A stretch of 63,092 nucleotides of DNA, counting the filler, from Aduncisulcus paluster (lineage: Eukaryota), in the NCBI GenBank assembly GCA_024181965.1. It is 5 parts of 5 records of this genome, joined end to end, with 100 filler letters (N's around TTAATTAATTAA, not from the genome) between each part and the next. Parts side by side here need not be neighbours in the genome. Positions count along the whole stretch, not along the records: positions 1 to 10,147 come from BQXS01011311.1; positions 10,248 to 14,882 come from BQXS01011312.1; 3 more parts are not named here. One strand, given 5' to 3'. The notes under the pieces were generated by a model. The model did no database searches. It had not been told where the DNA came from and saw only the letters and a program-made list of their open reading frames with translations. A program made the position numbers and the translations under genes. Below are positions 1 to 11,035 of this stretch, piece after piece; the stretch's first letter is position 1; the number at the start of each line of letters is the position of its first letter.

Positions 1-87
1 AACATGCTTTACGTCTGTCATGTTGCTTATCTATCTGAATATCTTTATTAGACACCGAAACACACGGTCAAATGTCATCATTCGTGA

Positions 88-3000
88 CTATTTCGCGGCA
101 TCGTCAACGTTATACTGCCCCGGAGAGAAAGGATCAGACATCCCATCACTCGCAGAGAAAGAGGAATCCATCCCATGGGGAGCTCTTGGCGTCCTCAGAG
201 GAGTGCCAGGAGACATCGACCCAGACATCCCTCCGAAGGCCGTGGAAGGGGTGGATTGTGCACCAGAGAAATGAACGTGGCGCTGAGAGGACGAAGGACG
301 GACACTCCCAAGTTCATGAATGCCCGAGACAGGCGTCCCAGAGGATTCCATCCCACTGGCTCCATAGGGAGTCATATTCATGGCGGGGGTGAAACTGGCA
401 ATGGGGGTCGCAAATCGAGACACGAATGGCGAGGACGCAACATATTTTGGGGTCCTCAAATGACTCCCAAACCGAGGAGTGGGGACATATTTATGCTGCG
501 ACACCTTCTCGCTCGTGTCCTGGGGTTCAGCAAACGTGACCCTGCGATGGGTTGAAGCTTTCCTCTTCACAGCTCCCTCATGCACAGAAGAGGGATGGGG
601 AGAGTTCGTGCTTGCAACGGACGGCTCAAAGAAGCCAACTCTCTTGGGACTATCGTGAGGTAATGACAATGGCTGAGGCGAGAGTTGACCCACGCCAGGG
701 GCACTGATAGATGAGACTCCAAGGGTGTATGAAGAGGTCAAATGTCCGGAAATACTAAGATCATCTCGACCAGAATACTCAGCCAAAACCCACTCACGAA
801 TCCAAACGGCAATCGTTTCACACACAAGAGCACCACGTTCGACGAGCTCCTTCTGTTTCATACGAGATGGAGACTTTGAAGCATCAGAAGTTCTTGAATC
901 ATTCCACCCAGAATTAGATTTGAGAAGAATAATTTTTCCAATATCCCTCAACAAATGACAAGCTCTCATCAATGTGCTTCGATATTCCCGACTAGCTGCA
1001 CCAGACTCTTCAACGGCCTTTGTTGCTCTCTTTCTCACCTCAAGGCATGCCCATTGCCACACACACTCGCTCAGCTGACATGGAGTGAGTTCCAGCAACT
1101 CAGCAAACGCATGGGTATCTTCACTCATCTCTCGCTCTGCAGAATGAATACTAGGATATTCCATGCAAGTACCAACCTCGGTATCATCTCGTATTTTCTT
1201 GACACGAACATTGAGGACAGGGCAGCATAGAAAAGACATGCAATACAAAGGAAGGGTCTGGATTGAAGCCAAAGCACATAGACGGAAAACATCCAGGAGA
1301 TGGAGAGGTATTTTTGAGGAATAGAATAGTTCCGAAGAAGTCCCTTGCCGAAGACACGAGAAACAGAGTTGCTGTACACTTGACAGGAACAGAGAGAGAG
1401 GGGATAGCAGAGGGAAAGAAACATCTTTGGGAAGACCTAGGACAGAATAGATATCTCTCGATATTGGAGAAACAAAAGCTCCACGTGTTTTGCTAATCTG
1501 ACGTAATCTAACTTTCCTCTCATCATCTTCATCTTCATCAGAAATAATACATGGCTCTCCTCGTCCAATGATAGCCACTATTTTCTCCTTAGGCATTCCC
1601 ACAGAGCCCTGAACGACAACCATCATATCTTGAAGTATCTCAAGAGCATCAGAAACATACCCACAATGTCCCATGATAAGCACAGCAAGCGAGAGCTCAT
1701 ACAAGGAGGGTTGGAGAGAATCAAAAAGACCAAGACGCTCTTCTGATGAACGTAACCTTCGGCAGAGAGTCAGGGAGGCAGAGGGTCGCGAAGGAGAGGA
1801 AAGAACAGCAGTTGAACCGGCAACAATTGAACCAGATACTGACTTTGACCCAATAAATCCATTGGCCACAGAGAGTTGGGCTGGAGATTGAGAAAACTCA
1901 GGGCCAACGGCAGGAGAAATAGTACTAGAAATTCCAAAAGACTCATCAAATGCACCGCTTGTGTTGCGAGACACAAAGAAAGAAGAAGAGGAAGTTGTCA
2001 TGGCACTTTGGATACCGGGAGAAACCGGTTGACTTTGCTCCGATGCAGAAGACATTGAATTTGGATTCGCTGAATTGGAAGGACTATCATGGAACCTCAA
2101 ACGTTCAGGATCAGAAGGAGACGCGAAAGTATAGTTCCCATCAATATCAGCGGCAACCCTGACACGCTCACACTCAGATAACACTTCTCTCGCCTCATTA
2201 CTCTCTCCAATACTCGCAAGAGCAGCACTCACGAAAAAAGGAGAAAGACAAGTGTCCAAGAGGATTCCACAGAGAGTTGAAGAGAGATGGAACTTAGATA
2301 ACGCACGAGATAGAGAGGAATCGGCATCAGTAGACTCAGAAGGTTCAATACTCTCTTCTTCCGTCTCAGACTCGGTCGATTCATCGGACTCTTGGCTTCC
2401 ACGAGTGATTGTGCACAATTTACGATCGATGGATAACAAAAGCATGGCAAATTCTTCCTCATCTTTATCAAATAACTCATCGAAAGCTATCATTACGTGA
2501 ATAGAATCATCAGAATCGTCCTCTTCTTCCGAGGAGTGATCCTGCAATCTGCGATCACTCCAAGAATGAATTAAATACATTGATAGAATAGGAATAGAAT
2601 ATATATGTGTTTCATTAGCATAAAGAGATATAGAAATAAGATCACGAAGGTTTTCGGGAAAAGATATAGGAGGATGTGAAAAATATTTAAAATCCTGATC
2701 TTCATCGAACGTTTCAGAAATTCTATTGAATATCTCATTAATTAAAACATTATTTGAATCAGCGTTAAACGAATATTTCTCTTCAGCTTTACCTCCAGCT
2801 CTAAAAATTGTAGACAGAAGCATGCAACCTCTAGCAATACGTTCGGCTTTAATTGCTGATTTACGCAGCTTTTCTTTACCTTTCGATACAATATCAGAAG
2901 ATTTAGCAATCCCTAATAGAGTTTTAGTAATCTTTTCGGCAGAATTGCAGAGCTCATTGAAAAACATTCCATCATTTTCGCATTCTTCTCTTATATATCC

Positions 3001-3153
3001 ATAATCAAATTTAGATTGTGAAACTTTAATAACTCTATTCGATCCAATAGCCTTATCTACTGATTTACCTTGGCAAACCTGATATAACACATGCTCTATG
3101 GATCCAATCACTTTAAGACAAAAACGAAAAATAGTATGTCTGTCAAATTCCAT
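88..3153 (-). CDS. Hypothetical 1021-aa protein: helical N-terminal part, Ser/Thr/Pro-rich C-terminal tail with many TP/SP sites
   Basis: Long ATG-initiated ORF with protein-like composition. No family recognised. Confidence 0.8.
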   Translation of the reverse strand: MEFDRHTIFRFCLKVIGSIEHVLYQVCQGKSVDKAIGSNRVIKVSQSKFDYGYIREECENDGMFFNELCNSAEKITKTLLGIAKSSDIVSKGKEKLRKSAIKAERIARGCMLLSTIFRAGGKAEEKYSFNADSNNVLINEIFNRISETFDEDQDFKYFSHPPISFPENLRDLISISLYANETHIYSIPILSMYLIHSWSDRRLQDHSSEEEDDSDDSIHVMIAFDELFDKDEEEFAMLLLSIDRKLCTITRGSQESDESTESETEEESIEPSESTDADSSLSRALSKFHLSSTLCGILLDTCLSPFFVSAALASIGESNEAREVLSECERVRVAADIDGNYTFASPSDPERLRFHDSPSNSANPNSMSSASEQSQPVSPGIQSAMTTSSSSFFVSRNTSGAFDESFGISSTISPAVGPEFSQSPAQLSVANGFIGSKSVSGSIVAGSTAVLSSPSRPSASLTLCRRLRSSEERLGLFDSLQPSLYELSLAVLIMGHCGYVSDALEILQDMMVVVQGSVGMPKEKIVAIIGRGEPCIISDEDEDDERKVRLRQISKTRGAFVSPISRDIYSVLGLPKDVSFPLLSPLSLFLSSVQQLCFSCLRQGTSSELFYSSKIPLHLLDVFRLCALASIQTLPLYCMSFLCCPVLNVRVKKIRDDTEVGTCMEYPSIHSAEREMSEDTHAFAELLELTPCQLSECVWQWACLEVRKRATKAVEESGAASREYRSTLMRACHLLRDIGKIILLKSNSGWNDSRTSDASKSPSRMKQKELVERGALVCETIAVWIREWVLAEYSGRDDLSISGHLTSSYTLGVSSISAPGVGQLSPQPLSLPHDSPKRVGFFEPSVASTNSPHPSSVHEGAVKRKASTHRRVTFAEPQDTSEKVSQHKYVPTPRFGSHLRTPKYVASSPFVSRFATPIASFTPAMNMTPYGASGMESSGTPVSGIHELGSVRPSSSQRHVHFSGAQSTPSTAFGGMSGSMSPGTPLRTPRAPHGMDSSFSASDGMSDPFSPGQYNVDDAAK

Positions 3154-3526
3154 TTTTGGTCCGTGAAAGGTATCAGAAAAGGGCCAAAACTTTGAATCTT
3201 TATTAATTTATTTAATTTACTGAAAAAAACTGATTTCACTGGATAAATCAAGCTCGCATAGAATATTAGTTGAGGGATATAATTTGATAATATCCCAAAA
3301 AGTTTGAGAAACCGCATATAGAATCGTATTTATCCTCGGGGCAACTACTTTAATGCACAAAATAATTATGAATAAAATACATTTATGTAGCATATACACA
3401 TAGATTAAATCCTGTTATAGTCATTTTTATTGCTTAAGTCAATAGAAATTTTTAAAACTACGGGTTTTGCCCTAATAAGTCCATTCAAATTTATTTTTAA
3501 TAGTTTAAATTCAAATAATATTAATA

Positions 3527-6500
3527 ATGTCGGACGATTTAGACTATTTACAAAAAACTATTGATGAAATTGACGACATGGATGATTTTCTCGATGAGAA
3601 GCTCCTAGAAGACTTTTCCTCGTTTGGTGATGATGACGGTGGCGCTCCTCAAGGTAAATCAGATGAATCAAGTAGTGATGCCGATGATATATTGGGGGAA
3701 AAGAAGGATATGAAGAGTGAACAAGAAACAAAGAAAGATGATAAAAAAGAGGAGGAACATAAAAAACCGATAGAACCAACCACGAATAAGAGACAAAAAG
3801 AGCACCAATCAGGATTTTCTGAAGGGATGAAACAAATTCCTCCACAAACCAAACCCACAGAAAAACCCTCTCGTCCAATTCCAAATAGAATATTTAGACG
3901 CGGAAAGGAATCATTTTCCCGTGATAAACCGAAGGATGATTCAGAAATTCAGCGTATTAGTGGCAAAATGTCAGGTCTTAAAAGTGATGAATCAGCCACC
4001 AAAGACTCATCTTATGAGCTTATCGAAGAAGAAGTATACGAATATGAGGAAGAATACATTGAAGATAATGAACAAATAGGAAATCAAACATTGTCAAATA
4101 TTTCGCGGAGAAATTCAGGTATGAAAGAATCTGAACGTTCCGCTGGACATATTGCTCGTGACTCAATCCCATCAAGAGGCACCAAAAGTGGTTCTGTCTC
4201 CTCATATGTCTCTAAACCTACTGCTTCTATATCATCAAATACATCTGCTCAATCTCAATCTTCAGTTTCTCAACCAAGAGCAACAACTCGATCATCTGCT
4301 CCTGGAAAAGGATCCAAACCTTCATCTTCGGGGTACGCAAGACCCGTTAGTCAGAAGATAAGTCCCTTCTCATTCGCCACCGGGGCATCTCCTTCTTCCT
4401 CCTCCTCGACTATTCCCCCCTCTGTGACTAAAACAGTGGCATCCGAACGGCAGAGATCAGCGTCAACTCCACCGACAGATTCCCCATTTGTGTCTCAGAG
4501 AAAAGCAGCCGATATCTACTCCCAGAAAACTGCCGTATTTCTCAAACAATCACAGTCTCACTCAGATCTTGGAAAAGGAGTTACCAAGGGTCGTGGTCCA
4601 AGTCCTCTTGGGTCGAACAAGAGCAGAGATCAGTATCAACCGCCCCAACAGACCCCCATGGAGAAAGAAGATACTTCGTCACTCTCTTCTGTCCAGAAAG
4701 AAAAACAACCTACTGTCACGACTCCAAGGCGGAATGCCTCCTCGATATCTAGTTTATTTCTCAAAGGATCTCGCCGTATTGCTTCTTCTTCTGCTTCCTC
4801 TTCTGCCAAACCATCACCTTCAACATCTATGCAACAACTCAATCAGGGATCTCCACGTTTGGATTCTGATAGAACAAAGCCTGTTTCGATTCCATTGATG
4901 AGATCGCCAAGTGGGGATAAACAACCAATTAGTTCTCAATCAACACGTGGGTCCACTACTTTTTCCTTCACTTCCCCTTCCAAGTCCCAAAAAGTGGCTG
5001 ACACTCCCCCCTCCAGTCAGCTCCACCCTCAACAATCAGAATCAAGAGAGAACAATAGAACAACGGTATCAACTCCTCCTTTGTCTCCAAAAATAGTAAG
5101 GAATGAAGAAACAAGAATGAAGAAACAAGGGTCAACAACAATGCTCCCACCTGGCCGTTCTATTTTGACTCCTACAGTTGGTATTGATCAAAGATCTCAA
5201 GATGAGCTCATTGATAGGGTAACCTCCGCTTTAACCTCCAATCTTTCGTCCTCTCTGCAGTCTTCGTGTGGCTCCTCAATATCATCGATGATAGAGTCCC
5301 TTGTTCCGCAACTTGCTTCTCAACTCACAAAGCAAATGAGTGACCAACTTAGCGCAAGTATCGGATCTGTTCTTGCTTCCTCTCTCACAAGTGCTCTTGC
5401 AACCTCCTTGAGCTCTTCACTGAGTCTTGCAATCGTTGACACTGTCCCTTCGAGTGTGGCGAGTTCCTTGACCTCAGCTCTCTCCTCTTCCACTTCTTCT
5501 CTCTCTGAAGCTGTTTCTGGAGTGTTTATAAAGAACATGTCCAAATTGGATAATATTATGCATGAAAAGGTTAGGGACATGGAAAGTGTCAAAAATTTGC
5601 TATCAAGGTTTCTGTCCCATTCCCATTTTACTCAAGAGGAGAAATTAGACGCTTTACGAAAGGATTTAGAACGTAAACAGGAAGAACTAAGTATCGACAG
5701 GGTCAGGCTTGTTCAAGAAAGAGCAGATATCAAGGCAGCCAAAGAATGTATTGAAGTGGAAAAAAGGGTCCTTCATGAACGTGTTGATGAATTGAAAGAG
5801 GAGAGACGCTCCCTCCAAGACAAAGAAGAGAGTCTTGGGAGAAAACAACATTCCCTAGATCATCGAGAAAGAGAACTCGTGGACCGGGAGGCTATTCTCC
5901 GTGCTGCTCAACGATCATCTGAGCAAAATCTGCTTGATGCCAAAGAGATACGACGTCACGTGGAAGAAGAGAGACAACGTCTGGTGAGAGTTCGAAGTGA
6001 GTTGGATGGTTTACAACTAAGAATTAATTCGGAGCGGATCCAACTTGTCAAAGAAAGAAAAGAGATGAATCTGGAACAGGCGAAAGCTCTTGCGTCGATT
6101 TCTGCCGCGTCAGTTCGTTATCATTCAACCTTGCAACAAGCACATGGATTTGATAGTCAAATTCCTATCCTTCGTTCCCTTCCAGCTGCTAATTCAATGC
6201 CATCGTATCACCCCTCTTCTGGAAGCCATATACCTGCTATTCACGGTATTCATGGATCACAATATGAGATGTATGAAGCTGCGAATTATGGAGCAGGGAT
6301 TGCTGCTCCCTCTGTTGCCATGATTATGAGAGATATGGAAATGAAAGCAGAGAGAAGAGCAGAGAGGAAATCACGGCATAGGTCAAGGTCCAGGTCTCAC
6401 AGGAAATCAAGGAAACATCACGAAGATATCGTATTCATTGATAATGATGATGAAGATGAAGAATTTGACCTTCCAAAGAGACATGCAGAAGCTTCAGTCA

Positions 6501-7258
6501 GGATTGATGATCACGAACGCATTGTTCCGTCAAAGCATTCATTATCTCGAACTAGAGAGGAGAAACAACATGAAACAGCCCGATCGATGGGTATAAATTT
6601 TTCAGATTCACAAGCTCTTCCTTCCTCTCGGTCTCTTCCATCTTCCATGCGTATTGATCCGGTGCTGCAATCTGATCTTGAAGTAGATGCCCATTCGTCT
6701 CACATCACATCCCAAGTGTCTTCCAATCAGCAGTCAGACAGACCTAGTACAATTCATGATCCTTGTGATGAAGAAATGAAGGATGAAGATGACAAAACCC
6801 GTCAAAGCATTCATTATCTCGAACTAGAGAGGAGAAACAACATGAAACAGCCCGATCGATGGGTATAAATTTTTCAGATTCACAAGCTCTTCCTTCCTCT
6901 CGGTCTCTTCCATCTTCCATGCGTATTGATCCGGTGCTGCAATCTGATCTTGCGCATTGTTCCGTCAAAGCATTCATTATCTCGAACTAGAGAGGCTCAC
7001 ATCACATCCCAAGTGTCTTCCAATCAGCAGTCAGACAGACCTAGTACAATTCATGATCCTTGTGATGAAGAAATGAAGGATGAAGATGACAAAACCATCA
7101 GAGACACATCGCTATCATCATGTTTACCAACAGTTACTCGTCTCGATACAACTATTGGAAATTTAGAGAGCCCTTCGGTACCTGAAAATAGGAATTCTGA
7201 ATCAAGTTCTTTTAGAGAACAAAACTCCACCGAAGAAGAAAATTCAACGATAGAGTGA
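3527..7258 (+). CDS. Large low-complexity/coiled-coil protein; 3' end scrambled by a mosaic duplication
   Basis: ORF 3527-6868 has a long coiled coil (about 5640-6090). Removing the duplicated patch 6799-7096 joins it in frame to the tail ...EDDKTIRDTSLSS...NSTIE* ending at 7258. Confidence 0.75.
6518..7096 (+). repeat. Mosaic exact duplication, probably an assembly artefact
   Basis: 6799-6952 copies 6527-6680, 6953-6995 copies 6518-6560, and 6996-7096 copies 6699-6799. Confidence 0.9.
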
Positions 7259-7401
7259 TATATAAATCTTAGAGAATTAAATTTCATTAATCATATTTCT
7301 TAAATAATTTACCAATAGATCTGGGTGTAAGGATCTCATGTTAATTTGTGGATACCATTTTGATTTTTTTGTTGAAAATAAACAAATTCATTCATTCTTT
7401 C

Positions 7402-7855
7402 TCAAAATATAACAAGATTGTCGAAAGGACTAACAATAATGCCAATTTGGCATTCAATGCCGCAACGATTGCAAAGTTGAAAGACAATAGCTATAGCAAG
7501 AGGCATCAGTAGCCGACTGAGGTGGCTCATAAACAGCACTTGCGCGCGATTGGGCACAGATACCCTCACCGACTTCTTACCATAGTCAAAGATGAATTTT
7601 CCAAGGAAGGAGGCAGCACGACGACCCATGACACCTGAAGAGGAAAGGGCAAAAGGAATAATATTAAAACGCTTTCCAATCAGTGACCTTAGGTCAACAT
7701 GCACAACAGGCCTCTTACGAGAAGGGCCGTCATGATTCGATCCCTGGGAGTCTTGGGAAGCAGAAGGGCCACCAACACGTTGGCGATTCTCTGCCTCCCT
7801 TTCAGTCAGTGTTGGCTGACCAGGATCCTCCATTCCAAAGACAAGGACCACAGAG
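7402..7855 (-). mobile_element. 5'-truncated fragment of an RLE-endonuclease non-LTR retrotransposon (CRE/R2-like), C-terminal part only
   Basis: Translation TLTEREAENRQR...FNIIPFALSSSGVMGRRAASFL...LSRLLMPLAIAI resembles the RE..K..KY / F.P...E..G..G..A..FL / L..AL tail of RLE domains. GC content is higher than in the flanks. Confidence 0.55.
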
Positions 7856-8452
7856 CACAAATCTCAGTATCGGATGATCAGGATCTGGCATTGGAGTTGG
7901 AGTTGGATTTGACTGCGGGGAAATGTCATGTTCCATGAAGCATCAGGGGATTAGATTCGTAGCAGTATACAGACATACGTATACTATCGTATTCGGAGTT
8001 CTTGATATTTTTGATTGTAAGCAAAAGCAAGTGAAAATGAACAGAAAGGCAAGGATAAGGATAGAAATGAAATGGAAATATATCCATGTTATTGAATAGC
8101 ATTGAAATCGTTCATAAATGTTCTTAACACGTGAAATGGAACTATATCCAGTCCTGAGGGGTTCCAAAAGGCCTGAGATATCGAGAATAAACATGGAAAT
8201 GAAAATAAAACATGTTTTTATCATTTATTGGCATTGGACTCGTTTATGTGTGTTTTTTTAAATTTCTAATCTTATCTATTGAAGGGTTGCTTGCTCGGTC
8301 CTCCATTTTTTCGATTTCTTGGCAAACAAACAAATTGTATGTTTTCTATATGTTGCATCTTTTATTAAATGCATATTAAGAAATATTTTACGGATTCATT
8401 CATTATTCTGCTTGTTTTTATTTTTTAGATAAGAAATTCTATCTCTATTCAA
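7856..8452 (+). repeat. Conserved ~600-nt upstream region of the repeat-domain gene family (copy A), including a predicted 5'UTR intron 8337-8428
   Basis: Colinear high similarity to 59476-60131, e.g. CACAAATCTCAGTAT, GAGTTCTTGATATTTTTGATTGTAAGCAAAAGCAAGTGAAAATGAAC and TTCTATCTCTATTCAAATG. GTATGT...TAG is present in both copies. Confidence 0.9.
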
Positions 8453-10112
8453 ATGCGTTCATCCACAGATGCTATTATTCAAACTGTGGATCCTGAGTTC
8501 GTTCATAAAGGAGATAGGTCTTGTTGTCCAATTCCCCTCGATGCCCCCAATGTTAAGAGTGCAGAGTTTCCAACTATCGAAGCAATAGATGGAACCAAGG
8601 AAGAAGGTGATGAAAAGTACGATCAGAGTTCTAACGCACAAAAGATAATGAAAGGAGAGAATAATAACAGACTCTTTACCCATATCTCCATTCCTTTCTC
8701 CTCATCTTCCCCAATGAAAGGGGCTTATATCTGTCTACATGGTGATTATTTACCTCCATCACACCTTATCTTCACTCTCACATCTTCAAAGGGTGAGAAA
8801 ACATCCAAGAAATACAAATTTCCTGGATTTAACGGGTTTCATTGGTATTTCCTTCCTGTTGATCTCCCTGATGTTGTTCTGTGTGAGATTACAGGGAAAG
8901 GAAGAAGGACAGAGAATTTTGGAATCGAATCCTTTGTTTTCATTAGTAGAGAAGAAACCCATGAAGAAATCACATCTCGTGAAGCTAGAGAGAAACTATG
9001 GTCTGAAGCTCCAGTTGTGAAATCAGAGTTTGTTAAGGAAGGAGGTAGAAAATCTATTCCCATTCTACGAGATGATCCAAAGCTTGTAGATCCTTCATTT
9101 TCAATGGTTAAGTTCAAGAATGATGTGTATAGTAAGGAATCTAAGTGGTATGATCAGAGTTCAAATGCACAAGCAATGTTAAAAGGGGAATGTGATGTTT
9201 GTTTATCCCATCTTTCCATTCCTTTCCCATCACCTAGTCCAATGAAAGGTGCTTATATCTGTGTGGGTAAGCGTGATAGTTCGCCCTCTCTTCTCTTCAC
9301 TTTCACTGATTGTGATGGTAAGAAGACATCCAAGAAGTATGAATTCACAGAACCTAAACATGATTATGAATGGCACTTCCTTCCTATTGATTTGGATAAC
9401 GTTGTATTGTGCGAAATTGAAGGGAGAGGAATGTGGCGGTGGAAGAATAGTCGATGGTTCTGGATCTACTCCCTTGTTTTTCTTCGAGGTGATGATATTC
9501 CCACTTCTACTCCTCTTCTTACTCCTGTTTCTGTTCCTTCCAGTTCCTCCAAGACACTCACATCAACTTTGTCTTTGCCATCAAAACCTGTGAAAAAACC
9601 TGTGAAAGAAGCTTTGCCTGTGAGAAGAAGAAGAAGAAAAACAAGAAATTGTTATTAAAGGAAATGATAAGGATCCAACACCAAAAGACACCAAACAGAA
9701 GAAACATAAGGATAAAAAGAAACATAACCCCAAGGATGGCAAGCCCAAGTATAACCCCAAGCACGACTCGCTAACCCTGACATCTGCATCCACGTTGACT
9801 TCACAGTGCATCATTGGCAGTGGTGGGTTCGGAGAGGTTCTTCTTGTTCTTATTGATGGCATTCCTTTCCCATGTGTTCTGAAGAAGATGCTTCGGATTG
9901 CGGACAAAACTGTTGTGAAAGGGTGTCGGAAGGAGTTTAAAGTGCAACTCAAGTTGTTTACGAATCCCAAATGTTTCAACCGTATCCCACGTCCTCTGTA
10001 TATCCTTGACCTGCTTGATTGCGATATGAAAGGTGTGTATGGCTTCCTGATGGAGTTCTGTGTTGGAGGCAGTGTGAGTGCGTTTGCTAAGCGTTGGTGT
10101 GCTGATGGCAAG
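8453..10112 (+). CDS. Two tandem ~170-aa DOC/APC10-like (jelly-roll-like) domains, a linker and a protein kinase N-lobe; frameshift at ~9623; truncated at the contig end
   Basis: Repeated motif SHxSIPF..SPMKGAYIC...SKKYEF...WxFLPxDL..VVLCEIxGKG. A +1 shift at 9623 continues into EEEEEKQEIV...IIGSGGFGEVLLV...CVLKKML...LMEFCVGGS (kinase subdomains I-V). Confidence 0.8.
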
Positions 10113-10147
10113 CATCAGAGACACATCGCTATCATCATGTTTACCAA

Positions 10148-10247
10148 NNNNNNNNNNNNNNNNNNNNNNNNNNNNNNNNNNNNNNNNNNNNTTAATTAAT
10201 TAANNNNNNNNNNNNNNNNNNNNNNNNNNNNNNNNNNNNNNNNNNNN
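10148..10247. other. Artificial contig linker (N44-TTAATTAATTAA-N44)
   Basis: 100-nt spacer with stops in all six frames; identical at four places in the window. Confidence 0.97.
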
Positions 10248-10746
10248 TTCTTTCGTTTTCTCTTATTTTCGCTTCATCTATTTCCATCTTCTCTTTATCA
10301 CTTTCACTCTTCATCTCTCTCTCTTTTTCTTCACTCTTTTTCTTGTGACTCACTTCAACTTTATGATCAATATCTTTCTCTGGGCTTTCTTTTTCCTCCG
10401 ACATGTCCGCTATTTCTGAAGAAGAGGTCTTCCAACCGCTACTTTCATCCCATTCTTCAACACTTGATGCAGCCATACTCGAGGAAGCTGCGGAAGAATT
10501 CGGTGAGGGTTGATATGGACTTGATTCAAAGGGAGAAGCATTAATTGGGACTGAGGATTTTTTAGGAGATTTTTTTGGGGATTTTTTAGGAGATTTTCTT
10601 GGAGATTTCCTGGAAGATCGTCTTGGTGACCTTGGAATTTCTTTGGTGTTATCTGTTTGAAGTTTTGAAGGTTTTGTTGATGGTGCAAAGGTTAATCCAA
10701 CATTGGATTTTCCAATTCCAAATCCACCAAATCCAGTAAATGACAT
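10248..10746 (-). CDS. N-terminal fragment of a low-complexity protein (FG-containing start, SPRK/SPKK repeats, acidic tract)
   Basis: Reads MSFTGFGGFGIG...SPRKSPKKSPKKSPKK and runs into the linker. Confidence 0.65.
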
Positions 10747-11035
10747 TTGCAACAAAAAAAGGCAGTTCTTTTGACAACTTCTATTTTAGCTCGATATTAC
10801 AATAAATTTTTTGCAAGAAAAATGCATAATTCATCCTATAATTATTAATTTTCGTAATTACATTAAAATGATTGATCGATTTAACGTGATGCGCAACTCC
10901 GTTCAAAGAAAAATTCCATATTGATGTTTAAACATTGAAAATGAAGGCTGAATCGGGATTTATATGCCGATTTAACCCAAAATTCCTGCAACATATTTAT
11001 CTCAATCCTATATTTCAACTTTTCATTATTTTCGA

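Noticed and set aside
6799-7096. Scrambled exact repeats as programmed rearrangement or exon shuffling
   Set aside because: The patches appear identical to their sources and break the reading frame, which is typical of gap-filling errors.
8453-9500. Diversity-generating retroelement as the source of hypervariability
   Set aside because: Differences involve all four bases plus indels rather than adenine-specific changes, and no template repeat or reverse transcriptase is visible in the window.
10113-10147. 35-nt exact copy of 7096-7130 at the end of the kinase, as a possible direct repeat bounding a mobile unit
   Set aside because: It sits exactly at a contig end and its source adjoins a scrambled patch, so misassembly is the simpler explanation. 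Long reads could overturn this.
10148-10247. Recurrent TTAATTAATTAA flanked by Ns (also at 14883, 28479, 32037) as a biological repeat or target site
   Set aside because: Fixed 100-nt six-frame-stop spacer used to concatenate contigs.
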